The notes under the pieces are model-generated. The model had not been told where the DNA came from and did no database searches. It saw nothing but the letters and a program-made list of their open reading frames with translations. A stretch of 64,000 nucleotides of DNA. Origin: Trypanosoma brucei (Eukaryota). Made by a program: the position numbers and the translations under genes. The stretch lies in assembly GCA_000002445.1 (NCBI GenBank), contig CP000066.1, positions 320,001-384,000 on the forward strand, given 5' to 3'. Positions 11,261 through 21,466 of this stretch are shown piece by piece (position 1 is the first letter of the stretch; every line of letters starts with the position of its first letter).

Positions 11261-14200
11261 TTGGCCCGCCGCGAGGCGCCACGCATGCGAGGAACTGTTT
11301 TGATCTTTGGCAGAAAATTTAGTTGGAATGCTGTGGTCGACGAGTACGGTCACCGACTTCCTCAATGTGCAGGATTGAGTTCCACGCGTAAGAGGCTCTT
11401 GCTAAAAGATTGGAGGTATTTCACATCAACTGGGAGTGAAGAATCACTGACAACATTCTTTAGAAGTGGCCATAAATGTACGAATTCTTTAGAAGATGGA
11501 GATGATGCGCACGCTCACGTAAAAGGTAATGCTGACGTCGTGTACAACGACGGTCAGCAGGGTCGAAAGATCCATCGGGCCCTCCGAGGTGTTGCAGAGT
11601 TTATTGCAGCAACCGGAACCTTTGACGATGTGTGTGCTCCGGGTGAGCGTGGCTACTCAGATGTTTCATTAGCGGTTGAGGGTTTGAAGCGTGCCCGGCT
11701 TGCTGTAGAGTACACGGGAACTGTTCTTTCGCTTTCAAACGATCGGCGGGATGGAATGCTGGCACAGGCGCTTTCTCGAAATCGCCGCAGTGACGAGGAA
11801 GTGGTCAACCAGCAACACTTACGATCTCATTGTGGCGAGGTGCTCAGCCCCTTGGAGGTTGTGGCAATAGCACAGTGGTGTGCGTGGCATGTGCGAACCT
11901 CGTTGAAGGGTGCCAAACATCACCAAGGAACCCCGACGAAGTCGCAAGGGGATGCGGAAACTGCTCGTTGTATAGTCTCTGTTTTGACGCGCTTCCTTTC
12001 CATTCTTGTTGAGGAGGGGCTCCGCCGTTGGGCCGTTGATAGCGTTGCGTGTGAACTCGAACTTAGCGACTTGGTTTGCATCGTGACAGAGGAGGCCCTT
12101 CTTGTACTCCGTGATAATAAAAAAGCGTGCACGTCGGTGAAGTTTGCAACACCTTTGCCTACATGTTCTGTTGGGTGCAGTGCCACAAGTGAACAAACCG
12201 CACTCATGGCCGAGCATTTGAAGCCTGGGATGCGGACTTGGGAAGACCTCTGCTTTGGCGTGAAGGCGCAAGAGGCATTGCTGTGCAGTCAGCGAGAGCG
12301 CTGGCAGCGCGCCCTGCGCCTGTTGCTAGATGTGCAGCGGTGGAATGTCCTCGCAACTACAAAGAACTGTACCACTTCAACGGAAGAAGTGCTGACAAAT
12401 GAATGCGAGGGGAAGTGTCAGTTGCTAGCAAGTAAAGCATTGAACATTCTCTCGATGATCCCACATGGGGTGGTCCAAACACTGCAGTACATCTTAGCCC
12501 AGCATGGGCAGTGGCGTTTGTGCATGATGCTGTGGAAAAGGGGTATTCGTCTTCCTTCCGGCGATGCTCCGACTTGTAATGAAACCGAGGAAGAGCGGCC
12601 ACCGCACTCATTACTTCTTCACCCTGCTGGCCTCAACACCGTTATCACCGCACTGGCGCTTGTCAATGGAAGGCCTTCCAAACATTCATTCACCGCGGCA
12701 ACGTCATCCTTGTTGTGCGCAACAGCAACCGCGGGCGGAACGGAGGGTGTAGATGCGAAGTTGCTGCGGCTGCTCTTGCACCTTGGTGTCATTCCACATC
12801 GCCACTTTACAGTTACCGAATTTGCCACCCTACTCAAGGATGCATTTGGTCTTCATCTCCAAAGCAGTCATGTTGACAGCATTCTATCACCTGCAGCTGT
12901 GTGGCGGTGTTCTGAAGGTCTGCCGTCTCACATGCGTGAAGTATTGTGTTTAATGTGCTTCCGTGTTGTCGCGAGAAGTGGGCTGGCCCACACGTTAATG
13001 CTGGAAGACTTGTACGTTATCATATGCCTTTCCTACCGCACTGTGCTGTCACAAATGTGCCGTCCCATGGCAGAAAGTTCCACTCCGTCAACTCAAAGGG
13101 GGAGAGAGAATATAAGTAACTGCGCTGTGCCCAATATTCAAGGTCGTTGCGAACCGTCCCGAAACGGATTATTGACAGTCGGGTTAGCTGCGGCAACGCG
13201 CAGGACGGCCGTGTTCGCAGAAGAGGACATTCGTACAATAACCGAAGCATTTCTCTCATGTAGTAGTAGGTTATTGGTCCCCTCAGAAAGGGCAAAATCG
13301 TTTCAAAGGGAGGAAGAGGTGTATGCTGGTGTGAATTATACGGATCTGCATCTCTATCGTACGCTCGTAAATGTCAGGATTGGCAGGAATGGGAGCACTG
13401 CAATGCTCTTTACAGTTTCCTCCATGTTGACGAGACTTCTCACTGTGATGCCGCACGTTTTTACACTAGGCACCGTGTGGAGAGGCGCGCTTTGTGCACT
13501 GTCGACTAACTACCAACTGGATGCTTGTGACCATCATTTGGCAGCAGCAGCATCTGTATTCGCGGAAGTGATAGTGGGAACGGCTAGGACGTCCAATAAG
13601 GATGCCCTCGTTGACACCCTCGTGTATTTGGCTCCACTTCTTTCGCCATTCGCGATAGGCCAAATTGTGAAAGGTCCTGTTGGACGTCGGCTCAGTTGGA
13701 CTCATTGCCTTGCTCTGTTACCTTATGCGCCGTGCGCTTCTGGTGCGCAAAGATTGATGTTACGGCGCATCGTAAAAGATTGTGACGTAGAAGGGATGTC
13801 GTTTGTTTACTCCTTACTGCGTATGTCCACGCCTCCGTTGCAGTTACTGCCACAAGCGTCACCGGCTGTCTCAACGGACGTATGTACATTATTGTTACTG
13901 ACTGAGCGGAGTTGGATGCGGGCCCTGCAGGCGTATGGCCGATTTGATCTTCGGGTGCAACGTGCCTGCGCCCCGCACATTGTACGCCTCATCGTTACCG
14001 CTGGAGCGTGGTTGCCACACACTCACAACACCGGCGGGGACGCCAACTGTAGCCATTGCCTCAATGGGTTCGACTCGCTGCTCCATACTGCTCTTCAGGC
14101 AACTGAGGGGAGCCGTGTGGCGGAAGAGGTTCTGCAACTTAGTCTTAAACGTGGATTGTGGGCAGGTGGTCTTGCTTTTCATCAGCGTTTGCAACATGAA

Positions 14201-15562
14201 CATTCAGGTATACTTTTGGGGAATGGTCGAATTAAAACGTGCGCTGCAATGCTGTTTAAAGGACTACTCTCCCATACCGCTCTCGCGCACACAATAGCGG
14301 TTGCCCTCAAACATGCTCGTGCCGCGAGATGGGCGGAGGCTTGTATGGTTCTTCTTGAGGACGACGGTAGTCATGATGGTGCTGAGGAAAGTGGAAGTGT
14401 AACACATTTTGGTGTCACCTCTCTCCACCCAGCTCACTGGTCATCGTTGTTTCGTGACAAGGTGCCCCCACAACTGTCCCATTTAGCCCACACCGTGCGC
14501 TACAGTATGTTGTGTTGCCCTGGTTTATGGCAGCGGGCATTGAAATGGTTGCCACCTCAGGCGCTTCCATTTCCGGTCCATCACCAACTATTGCTTGCTC
14601 GCGTTTCCGGTTTGCCAATTGGTGTGGCAGCCGCGTGTGACGCGGTAACGCCGAAGGTGGAAACGACAACGCCACTTGTTGGCCCACCCCTATCACCCAT
14701 GTCGCTTGTGCAGGTAGCGTTGCAGGAGAAGTTGCGCTGCAGCAAGGCATCGGCGACGGTGGCATCTCAGGCGGAAGTTGAGCGCACACTCCGCGTTTTG
14801 CGTCAACGCGGACAGTGGGAACAAGCAGTCTTGGTTTACGAGCATTCGCTTGCTTGCCGTTGTTTTCCGCATAGTGCAAGTGCCACCGTTGTTGGTGCTT
14901 GCCTGCCTTCGTGGCAGGCGTCCCTTAGTTGCTTTGCGCACATGTCTCAGCGTATGCGTCCCGATGTGGCAACCGCTTCATTAGCTTTGCAAGCTTGCAG
15001 GCGTGGTAGAAAATGGAAGATTGCTCTACGTGTCCTTCAGCAATGCGTGCTTACATCTGCGTCCCGCTCGGCAGGTGAGGTTGTAAGAACTGCACCACAG
15101 TTGATAAATTACGCAATACAGGCGGTTTTGGGTGCCGGCGTTTGGGACGCCGCATTAAATGTGGTTCGCCAATATGGTCAGACAATGAGTCCCTTGCTAG
15201 CAAATACCATTCTTCTGACGTATGTGCGTGCGGAACGATACGATGAAGCTGTGAATTTTTTTTATGGCTGCGTTCGCCGTGGAGTGCGACTGCACGACCA
15301 GTCGCTTGATCTTGTGGTAGCAGCAAGCCAAGCAGTATCGGCAGAATACCATGATTTAGCGCGGTTTGTTGGGGTAATGGCGTCAACTTTGGAGGACTTC
15401 TGTCATGTTCATGGCGTGTTGCTGCAACACGTCCTACTTGTTTGTCGCAGCATTTCTGTTCCCCCCCACGCGTTGGTCCTCTCTTTTAGTTGTGATCAAA
15501 CCGGCGTATCCGCGAGTATGGTATCTGATGATGTCATTAATGCGACTGATTCTATTTGGTGA
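11261..15562 (+). CDS. Large hypothetical protein of 1433 aa with C-terminal PPR/TPR-like helical repeats. Possibly an organellar RNA-binding protein.
   Basis: C-terminal third has ~35-aa degenerate helical repeats (…ASLALQACRRGRKWKIALRVLQQC…, …LLANTILLTYVRAERYDEAVNFFYGCVRRGVRLHDQSLDLVV…) with a pentatricopeptide-like pattern. N-terminus is Arg-rich (MARREAPRMRGTVLIFGRKF). Confidence 0.4.
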   Translation: MARREAPRMRGTVLIFGRKFSWNAVVDEYGHRLPQCAGLSSTRKRLLLKDWRYFTSTGSEESLTTFFRSGHKCTNSLEDGDDAHAHVKGNADVVYNDGQQGRKIHRALRGVAEFIAATGTFDDVCAPGERGYSDVSLAVEGLKRARLAVEYTGTVLSLSNDRRDGMLAQALSRNRRSDEEVVNQQHLRSHCGEVLSPLEVVAIAQWCAWHVRTSLKGAKHHQGTPTKSQGDAETARCIVSVLTRFLSILVEEGLRRWAVDSVACELELSDLVCIVTEEALLVLRDNKKACTSVKFATPLPTCSVGCSATSEQTALMAEHLKPGMRTWEDLCFGVKAQEALLCSQRERWQRALRLLLDVQRWNVLATTKNCTTSTEEVLTNECEGKCQLLASKALNILSMIPHGVVQTLQYILAQHGQWRLCMMLWKRGIRLPSGDAPTCNETEEERPPHSLLLHPAGLNTVITALALVNGRPSKHSFTAATSSLLCATATAGGTEGVDAKLLRLLLHLGVIPHRHFTVTEFATLLKDAFGLHLQSSHVDSILSPAAVWRCSEGLPSHMREVLCLMCFRVVARSGLAHTLMLEDLYVIICLSYRTVLSQMCRPMAESSTPSTQRGRENISNCAVPNIQGRCEPSRNGLLTVGLAAATRRTAVFAEEDIRTITEAFLSCSSRLLVPSERAKSFQREEEVYAGVNYTDLHLYRTLVNVRIGRNGSTAMLFTVSSMLTRLLTVMPHVFTLGTVWRGALCALSTNYQLDACDHHLAAAASVFAEVIVGTARTSNKDALVDTLVYLAPLLSPFAIGQIVKGPVGRRLSWTHCLALLPYAPCASGAQRLMLRRIVKDCDVEGMSFVYSLLRMSTPPLQLLPQASPAVSTDVCTLLLLTERSWMRALQAYGRFDLRVQRACAPHIVRLIVTAGAWLPHTHNTGGDANCSHCLNGFDSLLHTALQATEGSRVAEEVLQLSLKRGLWAGGLAFHQRLQHEHSGILLGNGRIKTCAAMLFKGLLSHTALAHTIAVALKHARAARWAEACMVLLEDDGSHDGAEESGSVTHFGVTSLHPAHWSSLFRDKVPPQLSHLAHTVRYSMLCCPGLWQRALKWLPPQALPFPVHHQLLLARVSGLPIGVAAACDAVTPKVETTTPLVGPPLSPMSLVQVALQEKLRCSKASATVASQAEVERTLRVLRQRGQWEQAVLVYEHSLACRCFPHSASATVVGACLPSWQASLSCFAHMSQRMRPDVATASLALQACRRGRKWKIALRVLQQCVLTSASRSAGEVVRTAPQLINYAIQAVLGAGVWDAALNVVRQYGQTMSPLLANTILLTYVRAERYDEAVNFFYGCVRRGVRLHDQSLDLVVAASQAVSAEYHDLARFVGVMASTLEDFCHVHGVLLQHVLLVCRSISVPPHALVLSFSCDQTGVSASMVSDDVINATDSIW

Positions 15563-16029
15563 GTGCAAAAGGAGCCGCGGCGACTGGTGCTGTTGAGGGG
15601 GCTGGTGCGCTGTAATGTTGTTAAACGACAGAGCCTGTAGCAGTACCCTCGGGGACGGAGTTTGCAGCATTATAAAACACAATTTCATTGCGTCGTTATT
15701 TATTTTTTTTTTTACAATTTCTGTTCGGCAGATCTTTTTTTTTTTTTGATGATCTACCTGTTGTTCTTTTGCATGAACGTTAATTTGAACTACAAGCACA
15801 CTTACCACGTATCTCACTTTCCCTCCTTTCTTCTTTTTTTTTTTTACGAACCCATGCCTTCCATTCTATTCTTTGTATCTTAAATTAATATACAAGCATG
15901 TTACGTGCGTGGCCAACTGTGCGAATAATTACAGAGTTTTCTGTGTGTTGGGAACGGTGTAACAAACCTGCACTCGGATTGAGGTGGAGAAGCGAAGGAT
16001 AAGTCAGCGCCTTTCTGCGTGATTGCGCA

Positions 16030-16033
<4 letters not shown>

Positions 16034-16062
<29 letters not shown>
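16034..16062. repeat. (TA)14 microsatellite upstream of the RRM/CCCH gene.
   Basis: Direct reading. Confidence 0.95.
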
Positions 16063-16134
16063 CTGCTTGGTGTCCAGACACAGCACGACGAAGGACGCGG
16101 AGTACGTGTTGAAACGAGACTTGAAGGAGGAAAA

Positions 16135-17895
16135 ATGCCTCCCAGACGTTCCTTTGTTTTTATTACAAACATCCCTGATTACTTGCTGCAACCACTCGCC
16201 GTCGGCAACAATAACCACCACAATAAATTACGCGCTTCAAGAGACCCACGCTACGAGCGGCTACGGTCATTCCTCAGTACACACACATCAGGTGTCATGC
16301 ACGTGATGCATCTGGAAACGCGTGGCTATGCCCTTGCCCTCTATGCATCGGAAGAGGAAGCACTTGCGGCCTGCAAGACAACAATCACACCTAAATATCG
16401 GCAGTGTGAATACCCACCAATGGTGTTACGTATATTAGAGCGCCCGCGCCCGGCTCCCCTTCAGTCGGTTTATACACCAACAGTCACGATTGAGGGAGAA
16501 ACAATATTGAAGGAAGAATTAGCAAACACAAGAGGTCTGGAGTTGGTGTATCGCGGCCGTGCTATTGCGCGCTGGTGTCCCAATACGCTTTCTCAGCAAG
16601 ATTGCCCCTTCGGTGCTTCGTGCAACTGGATTCACAAGTGTGCCTATCAGCAGACCGTGCGAAAGAGGCCACGACTTGATCCCGTATCTCAACAACAACA
16701 ACAAAAGCAGCCCATGTCGTCGGAGGAACTGACGCGACTGCGCCACGTAACTCACAACACAAAATGCGGGGAGGAACAACTTGTACCAACCGACATGAAG
16801 TTTGACTTTTCTGTTTATGTTCCCGTGGCGTACAAGGAAGCAGTTGCTCTCGTGGACAGTGAAGGAACTGGTGGAAGTAACAGGTTGGTTGATGATGTTA
16901 TTAAGCGCGTAGAAGCAGCCTGTTCGGCGTATAGTGGGCCGTATTTTGTTAAATTTGCCTTTTGCGGCGGTGCGCCGTGGGATTGGAGCTTGCACAACAC
17001 TTCATTGGGTCTTTCTGCACTGCGCAAGAGAGCACCGTTTCCTACGAATGGCGCGCCTACTCCTCTTGAACGTGATATCTTCACGCAGCAGTTACTGTAC
17101 CACATGAATCAGATGAATCGCTTCGATACGATCGCATTAGCAGTCCATGCTCTTGCTAAAAGCCCAAAGGTTCGTCGGGCGTTACAACGTGAATTGGAAT
17201 ATGACCAATCCCTCACTTCATGCAATGATAAAGGCGACAAAGATGCAGTGTCCCTGCATCTTTGTGTACGGCCATGGCTGTTCTTGCCAACGGTAGGTGT
17301 TGAGGCTACTGTCTTCTTGGAGGGTGGAGGCGAAGTTCTGCGAGGTATTGTCCAACGGAAAGGGGCCGTGCGTCTCATGATTTCACATGCGCTTTTGCGT
17401 CAACAGGAAGAAAAACAGGGCATGGACTTCTCTCGCTTTGCCGTGTTAGGTAGCGGTCAAGACCTCGAAGCGGAATCTTACTTGGAGTCTGAGATACAGC
17501 GTATGTCGCTTCTGGTAAAGCGGTCGGCTCAAAGGCTACAACAATATATTCGTCAACAGCGGGATCGGTTTCCACCAGGTGCTGCGTGGTGCGTTCATAT
17601 TGCTGTCAGCCCGCCCCCCTTAGTGCCGTTTCGGCCCCAGCAGTACGGCAGTGGTGTGGAACAACAAAAGGGGGAGTGCAAGCAGGAAGAAAGTGAAGAG
17701 AGGGTGACGTCCAAGTGTGTAGTTCTCTCCTTACAGGAGTACCAACCAGCTTACGAGGAGCATGTAGCGCTTCATGGGGAACTGCGTGCAGGGGAGGTGA
17801 TGTGGAACACGAGGAAACATGGGTACGTTGCGCTCATTCCGCGCGAAATGTTGGAACGCCTTCGCCTGGAGTCCCAGGTGGAAGAAAAGGAGTAA
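16135..17895 (+). CDS. RNA-binding-type protein of 586 aa with an N-terminal RRM-like fold and one CCCH zinc finger.
   Basis: RNP2-like FVFITNIP and RNP1-like RGYALALYA near the N-terminus. CPNTLSQQDCPFGASCNWIH fits the C-x8-C-x5-C-x3-H pattern. A Q-rich stretch (QQQQKQ) follows. Confidence 0.5.
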   Translation: MPPRRSFVFITNIPDYLLQPLAVGNNNHHNKLRASRDPRYERLRSFLSTHTSGVMHVMHLETRGYALALYASEEEALAACKTTITPKYRQCEYPPMVLRILERPRPAPLQSVYTPTVTIEGETILKEELANTRGLELVYRGRAIARWCPNTLSQQDCPFGASCNWIHKCAYQQTVRKRPRLDPVSQQQQQKQPMSSEELTRLRHVTHNTKCGEEQLVPTDMKFDFSVYVPVAYKEAVALVDSEGTGGSNRLVDDVIKRVEAACSAYSGPYFVKFAFCGGAPWDWSLHNTSLGLSALRKRAPFPTNGAPTPLERDIFTQQLLYHMNQMNRFDTIALAVHALAKSPKVRRALQRELEYDQSLTSCNDKGDKDAVSLHLCVRPWLFLPTVGVEATVFLEGGGEVLRGIVQRKGAVRLMISHALLRQQEEKQGMDFSRFAVLGSGQDLEAESYLESEIQRMSLLVKRSAQRLQQYIRQQRDRFPPGAAWCVHIAVSPPPLVPFRPQQYGSGVEQQKGECKQEESEERVTSKCVVLSLQEYQPAYEEHVALHGELRAGEVMWNTRKHGYVALIPREMLERLRLESQVEEKE

Positions 17896-18220
17896 CTAAA
17901 AGGAGAATACGCCCTGCACATAATCGTAACAGTTTGACACCACTGAGGAAGCCTTTCCACCGGCTGATGTTGAGGAGTATGGGATGGTAGTTTCAGCGCC
18001 GTGCTTATCGTCGTTAGGGTATGATTACTGTCTGTCTTCACGATGCGCATCCGCACATATATACGTGGACTGTTTTTTTTTTTTCTTCATTCTCTCTATC
18101 TCATTACTGCTACCAATTTTACCTTTACTCGTGATCAGCCACTTTTAAGTTACCCCGTCGCCCCAGTGCCTGTCGGGGATACGGTGGGATACATTGCGTT
18201 AAGCTAGTTGAAGCAGGATT

Positions 18221-20581
18221 ATGCAACGACGTAAGCGCTCCCGCACCCATTCAGTGGGTGATGAAGTATCGAAGAACTCGGGGTCAAAATACGTGCCGCA
18301 GCCGGAGAAGATCGCTTCCGCCGCTTCAGGGGATACCTTGGAGCGGGAGGATTCAATAAAGTTGAGTAATACAGTTCTGCGTTCTTTGGCAATTGCCCCT
18401 GATGTTTCTGGTATTCGATGCGTTGCTGTGCATCCGTCAGAGCGAGAGATTGTTCTGGCTCGTGAAAATGGCTCTCTGATCTTGTACGCCATCGAACGAT
18501 TCCAAAACGTCACTCACTTCCAAATGTTGCGTTCCACTGGTGGTCGCAAGAGTCGTACCATTACGCGGTTACGTTACCTAACTCGCGGCACGGGCAATAG
18601 TAAAGGGATTTCCACTCGTACCGCTCCTCTACTACTGGCTTCTTACCTATCCGGCCAGTTCGTTGTTTACTGCGGTGACACACTTGCTCCTCTTTGTGTT
18701 CATCAGCGGACTGGTGGAGCTATTTGGGATTTCTGTATCACAGACCACACCGTCTATGCCGCAAAGGCTGACGGGTCGTGGCACCAGTTACACGTGGAGT
18801 ACAGCAGCAATGTTGCTGGTGCGGCTGGGCCTCGCGCTCCGACCGTTCCGGCGCTGACGCTCAAGCGGATCATACCAAAGGTGCCAGGCGCGGATCGTGC
18901 GATCAGTGTCTGCTGCTCACGGCAGTGGGGAATTGTCGCTGGAACAGATGACGCCGGAAATGTTGTGGCATGGCGTCTTCCCCGACCCGAAAGTACGGAC
19001 GACCGGGACGAAGAGACGATCAATCAGGACAACAGAGGAGGTGAAGGGAACACGGGAACGGCTGGGGATAGGCCGCAGAGTCTAACAGAGCATGAGGCCC
19101 TTTGGACGAGTCGCTTGCCTGAAGGAATGGCGCTTTGTTGTACCATCAGCACCAGTAGTAAAAACGCAGCTCCGGTTGTAGCGGTTGGCACTTCGGTTGG
19201 CGATGTGGTGATATTTGAAGCAACCCGTGGTCAAGCGGTGAAAACATTCACACACCACAAAGGCCCCATTAGCTCGTTGGTGAGCTGTCAGGAATACGTC
19301 AGTGGCAATCAGTGCGGGGTGATTTATGCGTCTGGTTGGCACGAGTCTCTCCGTTCGTACCGATGTAGCGTTGAGGGTGAGTGGCGCCCCGCTGAGGTGA
19401 AACGCCGCACACATCACCATGAAACCAGCGAACTGGCGCTCCTTCACCGCCATCAGATCATACTCTCTGCCTCACGGGATGCAACCGTTATGTATTCCCC
19501 AACTCAGTGTTTGTTCTCTGCACCGGCCATGTACCTTCACACCACGTGTCAGAAACTTGCTTTTGCGAAGGAGAGGAATGTCTTGCTGCAGACACGCAGT
19601 GGCCGCATCGAAGGGTTCTGTACCGATGCCGCATTACGTCGTTGGTCCCCGCTATTTGGTTACGAAGTGAAGGGTAAATTTCACTTGCAGGGACTGTGGT
19701 GCGACGATTCGCTCGGCCACATCGTTTTCTCCACAGACGAGCGTGTCTCTTTATTGTGCTGCCGCTGGCGCAATGGACTGGAGGGGAGTCTCGCGCTTAA
19801 GCGTATTGAAGAGGTGAGGAGTCTGCCTGCCAAATACGGCATTATCGACTGCTGCTTTGTCAACACCAAAACAAACAAAAGTTGCTATCTGCTTTTCGAC
19901 GACGCGATTGTTCAGATTTCCCTCACGAAAGCGTACCCAGTGGTGACCACGCAGCTGGTACAGAGGGATGGAGACCCCGATGAAATTGACATATGTCCAA
20001 CTCGTTTCATGTGGTTAGAAAATCGGGCAGATGTTGGTGAAGAGGAGGGGACTAATCATACCAAACTTATGGTGTACGGTCGCCGCGGGTGGCTTTCGTG
20101 TAGCACTGCGGTGGATGGCACCATTGACACCAGCACTTTCACGGTACACCGCGAGGTGATGCAAATGGTGGAGTCGGTACCCCATTTGTCACAATCGCAA
20201 GGAAGGGTGGAGCACACTATTGTTGCACTTGCAAATGGTGAGCGCTATGTTGCAGGTATTGGAACTTCTCAACTGCTTCAACTTCCGCGCTCACTTCCAC
20301 ACGACACGCGGTTTGTTGCTCTGTTGCCACCGAGACGCCGGCGAAACGACTCGGGCAACGAAGTTAGTGAAGGGTTGGGCAGTGGGCCTCGCTTCCTCGC
20401 CACCTTTTCACGTGGGTTATTGTGGGTTACGAGGAACTCGTGGTGCATGTTGAGCCGGTGCTCCGCAGAGGGTGCGTTTGTTTTGCGTGGAAACAAGAAA
20501 GTGCTAATTGTGGTGCGCAACCTGGAGGGAACGCTGGAAGTGTTGCCACCCTGTTGGAGGCTGCGACGCTTCGGTAACTGA
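18221..20581 (+). CDS. WD40-repeat protein of 786 aa, UTP4/cirhin-like (small-subunit processome).
   Basis: N-terminal segment VSGIRCVAVHPSEREIVLARENGSLILYAI matches the conserved start of UTP4/cirhin (PSGIRCVAY…RLAVSRTDGTVEIY). WD-type strands recur throughout (VAVGTSVGDVVIFEATRGQAVKTFTHHKGPISSLV). Confidence 0.5.
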   Translation: MQRRKRSRTHSVGDEVSKNSGSKYVPQPEKIASAASGDTLEREDSIKLSNTVLRSLAIAPDVSGIRCVAVHPSEREIVLARENGSLILYAIERFQNVTHFQMLRSTGGRKSRTITRLRYLTRGTGNSKGISTRTAPLLLASYLSGQFVVYCGDTLAPLCVHQRTGGAIWDFCITDHTVYAAKADGSWHQLHVEYSSNVAGAAGPRAPTVPALTLKRIIPKVPGADRAISVCCSRQWGIVAGTDDAGNVVAWRLPRPESTDDRDEETINQDNRGGEGNTGTAGDRPQSLTEHEALWTSRLPEGMALCCTISTSSKNAAPVVAVGTSVGDVVIFEATRGQAVKTFTHHKGPISSLVSCQEYVSGNQCGVIYASGWHESLRSYRCSVEGEWRPAEVKRRTHHHETSELALLHRHQIILSASRDATVMYSPTQCLFSAPAMYLHTTCQKLAFAKERNVLLQTRSGRIEGFCTDAALRRWSPLFGYEVKGKFHLQGLWCDDSLGHIVFSTDERVSLLCCRWRNGLEGSLALKRIEEVRSLPAKYGIIDCCFVNTKTNKSCYLLFDDAIVQISLTKAYPVVTTQLVQRDGDPDEIDICPTRFMWLENRADVGEEEGTNHTKLMVYGRRGWLSCSTAVDGTIDTSTFTVHREVMQMVESVPHLSQSQGRVEHTIVALANGERYVAGIGTSQLLQLPRSLPHDTRFVALLPPRRRRNDSGNEVSEGLGSGPRFLATFSRGLLWVTRNSWCMLSRCSAEGAFVLRGNKKVLIVVRNLEGTLEVLPPCWRLRRFGN

Positions 20582-21466
20582 GCAATTTGCACAAATACGT
20601 ATATCAACGTCTGTCTGTGGGTGCATGTTTGTGTGTTCGAATGGAGAGAGATGAAGGACCGCTGCCAAAAGCAGTGAAACGCCCGAGTATTATTCCAAAC
20701 AGTGAAGTCCCAGATGCGGATGCAGGGAGGTAAAACAGAAGAGGGGCAACATACGCTGCTACGGAAGCAATGTTTGTGGTGACAACCGTCAGCAATGCGG
20801 GTTGAAGACGAGAGCACGCGGGTGTGAGTAACATCAACGTTGCGGTATCTTTCCTTCCACTTTCTTCTTTTAGATCCCTTAAGGATAGTGCTTGTGCGAC
20901 TTCCCATTACTGCTTGAATTAGGGGAAAGCAGTACTGAAAGGGCTGGGTGATAACGGGAAGGCACCTTAGCAAGAAGAATGAGGGAAGGAGCGTAAATAA
21001 AAACCAAACGTAAACAGGTAAATAATTACGGTAGTTCGGTTAAAAGTCCCGCAGGCTCAAGAGCGGCCTGTTGTGTGGGGATTAAAAAAGGAAAAAGGGA
21101 GCGGTAATACAAAGTTTCTGCTCTGCTGGTGTTTCGCTGTTGTTCTGACCTGCAGAGGTGCAATATGCTGCGCGGCCCCCATTTCCCCACATGGCTTTAC
21201 CTTTCTCTTATCTGCTTGAATTCTGCCTCTCGTTATTTCATACACCCCGTCTCATTGTTTTCTCCGTATCCTTTGGCATTTTGTTGTCTCATATTATCCA
21301 CGGTAACATCGATGTGGAAAAGGTGGGCTGGGAGGGGCTGGGGTTGCTTCGGTGTGAGCGTACAGTAGACGTTGCGTTGGCCACTTCTTCTCAACTGCGT
21401 TCGCGTGCGCAGCTATAAAGCTACCCCGTCCCTCTTTTTTATTTTATTCGTCACAGTTACGGACCG

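Noticed and set aside
14415-14879. 154-aa minus-strand ORF, and other 60–150-aa minus ORFs, inside the 1433-aa gene
   Set aside because: All lie inside a long sense ORF of a unidirectional polycistron. No signal or domain features.
20278-20973. 231-aa minus-strand ORF spanning the 3' end of the WD40 gene and the downstream intergenic region
   Set aside because: It overlaps the sense coding sequence and then continues through the intergenic tract. Composition looks like non-coding translation (Arg/Ser/Thr-rich, no motifs).
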